Assembly: GCA_043228905.1 (NCBI GenBank)
Contig: JBHGNT010000005.1
Coordinates: 20,212,001 to 20,276,000 of the forward strand
DNA: 64,000 nucleotides
DNA from: Azolla caroliniana
Lineage: Eukaryota; Plantae; Polypodiophyta
Direction of reading: 5' to 3'
This document shows positions 58,060-64,000 of the stretch, piece after piece (position 1 is the stretch's first letter; the number at the start of each line of letters is the position of its first letter). A model generated the notes under the pieces. It was not told where the DNA came from and ran no database searches. It saw only the letters and a list, made by a program, of their open reading frames with translations. The position numbers were made by a program, and so were the translations under genes.

Positions 58060-61000
58060 TCATGAAGACGAATTCAAATTAGCAGAGTCTCGGAGGGGCT
58101 GATGGCCCATCATCTCCAACGAAGTTGTAGTAGATATGTTCGAAACCATGTTGCTCTCTTCACTGTTGCTACTGATATAAGAATCACCATAGTCTTGATG
58201 TTGGTTATCCACATTTCCATTTGAAAGAGGTTTAGGGTGGATGTTGTTGTTTGCAGTTATAACTGCCATATCCACTGGATAAGCAGTTCCTGCTAGTTCT
58301 GTCAGTGATGATGCTGAAGGGCTGTATGTCAGATTAGGCATTGGATGGTCAAATTTGCAGGTGGAACCAAATTTGCATGTACGATATTGCATATAGAATG
58401 GACATTGCCGAACACCCTTTCATGACAATAAAAGAAAAAAGATCAGGATGTATCCAACTGTTGATGTTCAATTATAACAAGATTTCCTCGAGCATCTTTG
58501 TTACACGTTTTCCCTTGCCAATATATAACTAAGTAGTTAACCATAACTAGATATATCACACCACTAACTTAAATTAACTATATCTTGATATCATAATAAA
58601 TTAATATTGTACACCGTGAATTTTCTTCTAGTCTGCACCCAGGCCAATTCTGTGAAGGGTGCATAAAGAGAACAAGGATATGTTGCATTTTACTATGCAA
58701 GCATGATCCATTTTTTTAACAGAACAGACTGCACTGTTACTGATTCAAAAAAATGATCACAAAATAAACATTTAGTGACCTACTGAACATCCCTCAGAAT
58801 TACAACACACCACAATCCAGATTGAATCTATACATACAGTTAATATAAGCTCTCTGTCAAGTATGCATGAACAGAACAAGGGGTTTGTTGTATTATTACC
58901 ATGCAAAAATAATGCATTTATTTAACAGAATGCACCATTACTAACTCACAAAAACGGTCAGAAAATTGAACATTTAGTGACAACGAAAAACAAGAAACCA
59001 TGCCATACGCCTGCTGAAGATCCCTCAGAATTACAACACGTTGCAATTCAGATCGACTTTACATACAGTTATATAATCTCTCTTTTCTAGAGGGGAAAAA
59101 AAGGCATGTTGAACAAAGAGAAAAATAAAAACTTAGGAGCTTACTTGTCTTAATGGAAGGCCAAGGGGGCTAATAATGCAGTTAGGCAATGATGAAGCTC
59201 TCTCCTTTGGATGATTAAAACGGCAAGACAGCTGATATTTGCAGTTTCCGGTTCTCATATAGTAATCACAGTTTAATTGGCCAGGTCTTTCTGGAAACAT
59301 GGTCCCTTTAGAGGTAACTGATGCCTCAATGGATGAAGGATCAATCCCTGCTGCACCAGGACTTTGTACATAATTGTTGTAGGTTGCATGAATACCATCA
59401 GAGGGTGATATTGATTCATCTGATGCAGAGGTACCATATGTAAGATTTCCAACTCCAGGTGCAGATTGTTGAACACCCAATGAAGCCATAGATCCCAGCC
59501 TAGCCTGATTCCAAACACCATTCATTTAGTAACAATAGTTCACATTTAAATATATAGTAACATTTAGAAGACTTTCTTCCTTTCACTTAATCTCTCTAGG
59601 ACCAGGTTCACATGTGTGGCCAATAGAACATTTGAATCTCCACAAAGTTCATGGGACAGTTTATGATTAAAATTTCTAAATTTCGCCCTTCAATCAACCT
59701 TCATGCTTTAGAATGATGTTTTGCGGCCCAGTTGTTTGCTTTCCCAATCACTTTCAACATGCCAAATTTCAAAATTTACTTTCTATTATTCCTTTCTATT
59801 GGATATCTGAACCCAGCTTATGGTTAAATAAAGATACAAAAACCAATAGAAATGTCAATAAATTGTCAGCTGACCAGGCGAATGTCTCTTTAGTTTCTCT
59901 TATGGTTAAATTGTCAACCTGACCTGATGAGCATCTCTTCAGTTTTTCGTAGTATCTTATATAATCCAATCTGAACTAGCCTTGGGTTGGTTTCAAATGA
60001 AGCCACATCTTCTACAGCAATAAATATATCATGTATTGAGGATGTCCCTCTGTTCTTCTGCTTTCTTATATGCATCAATTGGCACTGCAATGTCCTACTG
60101 ATTCTCCATTCCCATTGCTATAATTATGCTCCTTTCAACTCAGTCACTACATTTGTTTTTATCCATTCTAAGGAGATCCAGATTTCATTTTGTACTCAGC
60201 ATGGTCAAAATGTTAAACCACAAATGATATTCCAGATTGAATCCCGTCTATTGTGCAACTATTATTAATACAAAAAACCCATAAAAAAGTTGATTTCTTA
60301 CTTGATATGGGTTCCAACCAGGTACAGAGAGCATGTTTTGGGGTGATTGCACAATCAAAGGGGTGAAATTTGAATGGCTTTGAAACCGAGGCCTTGGCAT
60401 ATAGTGAGGTCGTGGCAATGACCATGACTGTATTCCTGAGGGAAATGAATGCGTTAAAGTTGCTTCTGGAGAGACATTGGATGGGTATACAGATGAACCC
60501 AATACTGTAGCTAAACCCTTAACTGCAGTAGGTTGTGGATGGTTAAATTTACATGTTGCTCCAAATTTACACGAGCCAGTTTGCATATAATATTGACAAT
60601 CTTTTTCACCCTGTATAATCAAATTTCTTTATTCAGTTACAACCATGTCCAAAAAATGCATGGATAAATTCTCAAACAACTAGGTGCAATGCCAAAGCTA
60701 ACGTTTTGATTACAAAGTTCACAGAATATCAATAAGAAATGCTTTACTAAAGTCTTCCTTGCTCATTTCTAAAGGCAAATACAATGGATGATGCCTCTGA
60801 TTTTCAGCTATTCTTCTGTGTTTCAATATCTCAGGCACATTGTTGCGGGGATGTATATTCTCTGTACAAAATATCTACCATTTGAAATTGTTGCCATGTG
60901 TGGTTAGATGTTGCATATGAATAATTTGAAATTATTTTTAAACAGGGATGTATATTATCTGTACAAAATACTCAAAATACCTACCAAAACATCTAAATAC

Positions 61001-63649
61001 TCAAAATATCTACCATTTGAAATTCTTTTTAAATACTCAAAATATCTACCATTTGAAATTCTTTTCAAATACTCAAAATATCTACCATTTGAAATTGTCG
61101 CCATGTGTGGTTAAATGTTGTATATGAATAATTTGAAATTCTTTTTAAACAGGGATGTATATTATCTGTACAAATTCCTTCAAGAAAAATACAATTCTCT
61201 CAACATACGGAAACTAGGAAAACAGAAAGTAATCAACAATTTTATAAGACTAGGACCCTTATCATCTCAAGATAGAGTAGACCTCTACATAACCAGCTTT
61301 TAGAGGTTCGTGAGAGCAATGGAGATCATTAAACACACTCTGGGTTATCTCCTACTATTATGAAACTCTTCAACAGTGAGTCTAAATTTGTATTTTTTCA
61401 AGAGTGCAGAAGTCTACTAGATATATTTCAGAGGAGATTGCTTCTACTTTAGATGTATATGGCTGTCTCAGAATCCTACAAGTTATATTCTTTTATCTAA
61501 AAGGATGATCAATAGATGTACATACACAACTTCGAGCAAAGCTAATACTCTTTGTGAAGACTATACCCACCTGCACTCAGGTGTACAAAAGGATCGAGCC
61601 CGTGGTTCTTTGCAATGTTCTTCATGCTCCAAGCCCCGAGATTTAAATAATCCTCACCTTTCTTTTAAGATCCAATGCAGATTAGACCCCTGTTCCGTGA
61701 CCCTTTCATTGTTCTCTCATAGCTTTGCAAGCAAACACATTTACTTCACAGCATGTTAGCAATGCCATTTACCTTAACAGAACATTCATTGTGCTGCTCT
61801 GGTCATTAATAAGGTTACGATAGTTGTTTTTTTTCCAAATCTCATAATATCATAAGAGACAGTCTTGTTTCACTGACTTTATTCATACATTTATTTCTTG
61901 TCTCATAGAAAAATATTTTTTCTTGTCTTATAGAAAGCAGGGGCAAATAATTTTGAGACATATTGGGAAAATTGCCACCACTAAACAAACCCTCATTATG
62001 GTGCTGAGTTCTTTTACATACGACCAAACTACTTATATTTGTGCTCTGCTATTTGAGATCTAGAAAGAAAGATCTCAAGAATATGTAATAGCGAAGCAAA
62101 CATATCGGCACCTGGCGCAAAGGAAAGCCGAGTATATTAGCTGATACCCTTCCCAGTCTATCCCTTGGATGGTGAAATTTGCAAGTGGAGCCAAACTTAC
62201 AATCCCCTGTTTTCATGTAGTACTGTCATGGAACAAGAGATAATGAGTATAATGCATACGTAAAAATACATGGATTTCAACTAGTAATAGAAACTGAGAA
62301 ATATTCATGAACATTAGCTATTCCATACCGGACATTCCGGCTGTCCAACACGCTCGGGATATTCTCCTTTACTGCTTCCTATATATGTTCCAGCCTGTTT
62401 ATGGATAATCAGTAGTAAAATTACGTTCTAGTTGTGTTCATTTCGAAAAAAATCTGTTCAAGAAGTAAAAGTAATAATGTATCTGACAATGTTTACAAGG
62501 TTGCCCCAAGGTTGCCCCTAAGAAGTTTAGAAAAGTTGGCTTTTCTTGCCATTCACTCCATACTTCTTTTGGATAATTTCTTTTGCATGACCCCCTAATT
62601 AGTATAGAAAATAAGGAAAATCAGGCCTAATTGTTCAGAATATGGACAATGGTGACTGCCTCATTACCCTGACGAATGGAAGCCCAATTTGAAACAGCAA
62701 AATTTAAGAATAACCTGCAATTAGGCTGCAAACGTTTTCGAGATAGTAGTGAATAACCAACCTGTCACACTTTAGGGGCAACCCTGACATATTGTCTCAC
62801 AGCTTACTGTCTCTCCCAAACTAATGCAATATGATATATGGCTTCGTAATGTATCATGCTCTGATTCAATGATGAATTAAGAAGTACCAGTTTTCGATTG
62901 GATGGATGATTAAATTTGCAGTCCATAGCATAAGCACACTGCCCTGTTCGAATGTAGTAAAGACAATCAGGCTCATTAGGACGTTCTGGAAAGCATCGTT
63001 GGATAGCTGTATCTGGATCTTGCACTGATTGACCCATCATGTGTTGCCACATCGATTCTGGAAGACAAAGTATTGTCGAAATTTTTTTAGTTCTTCTCCA
63101 AAATGTGATTTTCAACATAATTGTGATTCCTTTTTATTTAATCAATGTGTCATTTATTAACCTTTAATGGTATTCTTGCTAGTCAAGGCAATCTTCCTGA
63201 AGGAATAAATTTTCATACACGGGCATGTACAAACAATGGCCAATAATATTAGCGATGAAATTTCATGGTGATTAAGTACTTCGGAAATATGAGGAATTGG
63301 GATGATAACGATGGCCAACACTAGCCACGAAATTTCACAATCATTAGTTAGTTGAGCAGTATGCTATATTGAGATGAAACAAAGTACTGATCAGCTCAGA
63401 TCTATGCCTTTCTCAGCATAAGAATGGAGCAAGGCAACAAGATGAGCAATCTCTCTCCTTCACATAAATACCTTCAAGGTTGGGGTATGCGACGGATGAA
63501 CCATAGCCTGGAGAGATCCCTAATGTAGCTCTCTGCTGCTGCTGCGACAAGGGCGAGGTCTGCAGTAAATGCAGATTCTCAAGACTCGGCCGTGTGAAAG
63601 TGGGCTTATTAAGGGAGATTCGGTAGTTCCGAGAAGCGAACTGTTCCAT
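58060..63649 (-). CDS. Zinc finger CCCH domain protein, five C-x8-C-x5-C-x3-H fingers (ZFN/HUA1-like RNA-binding family); exons approx. 63649-63472, 63058-62888, 62394-62329, 62223-62113, 60611-60301, 59505-59145, 58416-58060
   Basis: [41 protein letters not shown]|[95 protein letters not shown]. Confidence 0.93.
60845..61175. repeat. Nested intronic tandem repeats (36-bp unit x3 inside a ~200-bp duplication)
   Basis: aaatactcaaaatatctaccatttgaaatt repeated; acagggatgtatattatctgtacaaa at ~60941 and ~61149. Confidence 0.8.
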
Positions 63650-63937
63650 GGGTCATACCATTTGTTAGCTATAATGCCTAAATAGAAAGCAGGGAAGAGG
63701 AAGAACTAGCAAATTAGGGTTTAAGGGAGATACAAAAAACGAAGAAATACAAAACGAGAGCGTCGAAATAGATCAGAATACAGGTGGGAGAAGGCAGGGG
63801 AGTTAAACAAATTTAGGGTTTCGAAATACAGGCGAGAGAACGGAAAGACAGAAATACTTTGGGCTTTAGATATAAGAGCAGAGAGAAGAGGAGAGAGATA
63901 AAAGATCAGAGTGAAGAAGAGATGGAAGAGGAGAAGA

Positions 63938-63955
63938 ATCGATCGATCGATCGAT

Positions 63956-64000
<45 letters not shown>
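63938..64000 (+). repeat. (GATC)n and (GA)n microsatellite upstream of the CCCH gene
   Basis: Directly visible. Confidence 0.9.

Overview
Land-plant nuclear DNA. A fern or other seed-free vascular plant is my inference from gene structure and repeat content, not proven. Bases 1-14.9 kb are a nest of degenerate retrotransposons: a Tat/Athila-like Gypsy 5' end, a disrupted chromovirus-like Gypsy, three Copia pieces, and a nearly intact RTE/RTEX-like LINE. The rest is a gene-rich stretch with five spliced minus-strand genes, whose exons I assembled by hand with consistent reading phases: an unknown ~556-aa repeat plus coiled-coil protein, CDK5RAP3/C53, plastid enolase, ENY2/SUS1 and a five-finger CCCH protein. 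A complete U6 snRNA gene with its USE/TATA promoter lies on the plus strand. The most notable items are: (i) a second, promoter-bearing U6 copy cut off right after the UACAGAGAA motif; (ii) two divergent LINEs sharing a 3' stem-loop with a compensatory change and a (TC)n tail, one with a 56-bp target-site duplication next to the ENY2 TATA box; (iii) an expanded set of shuffled ATG8-interacting motifs in C53; (iv) the orphan 31-aa repeat protein. Cleanly bounded insertions include an L1 fragment (15-bp TSD) and a hAT MITE (8-bp TSD).
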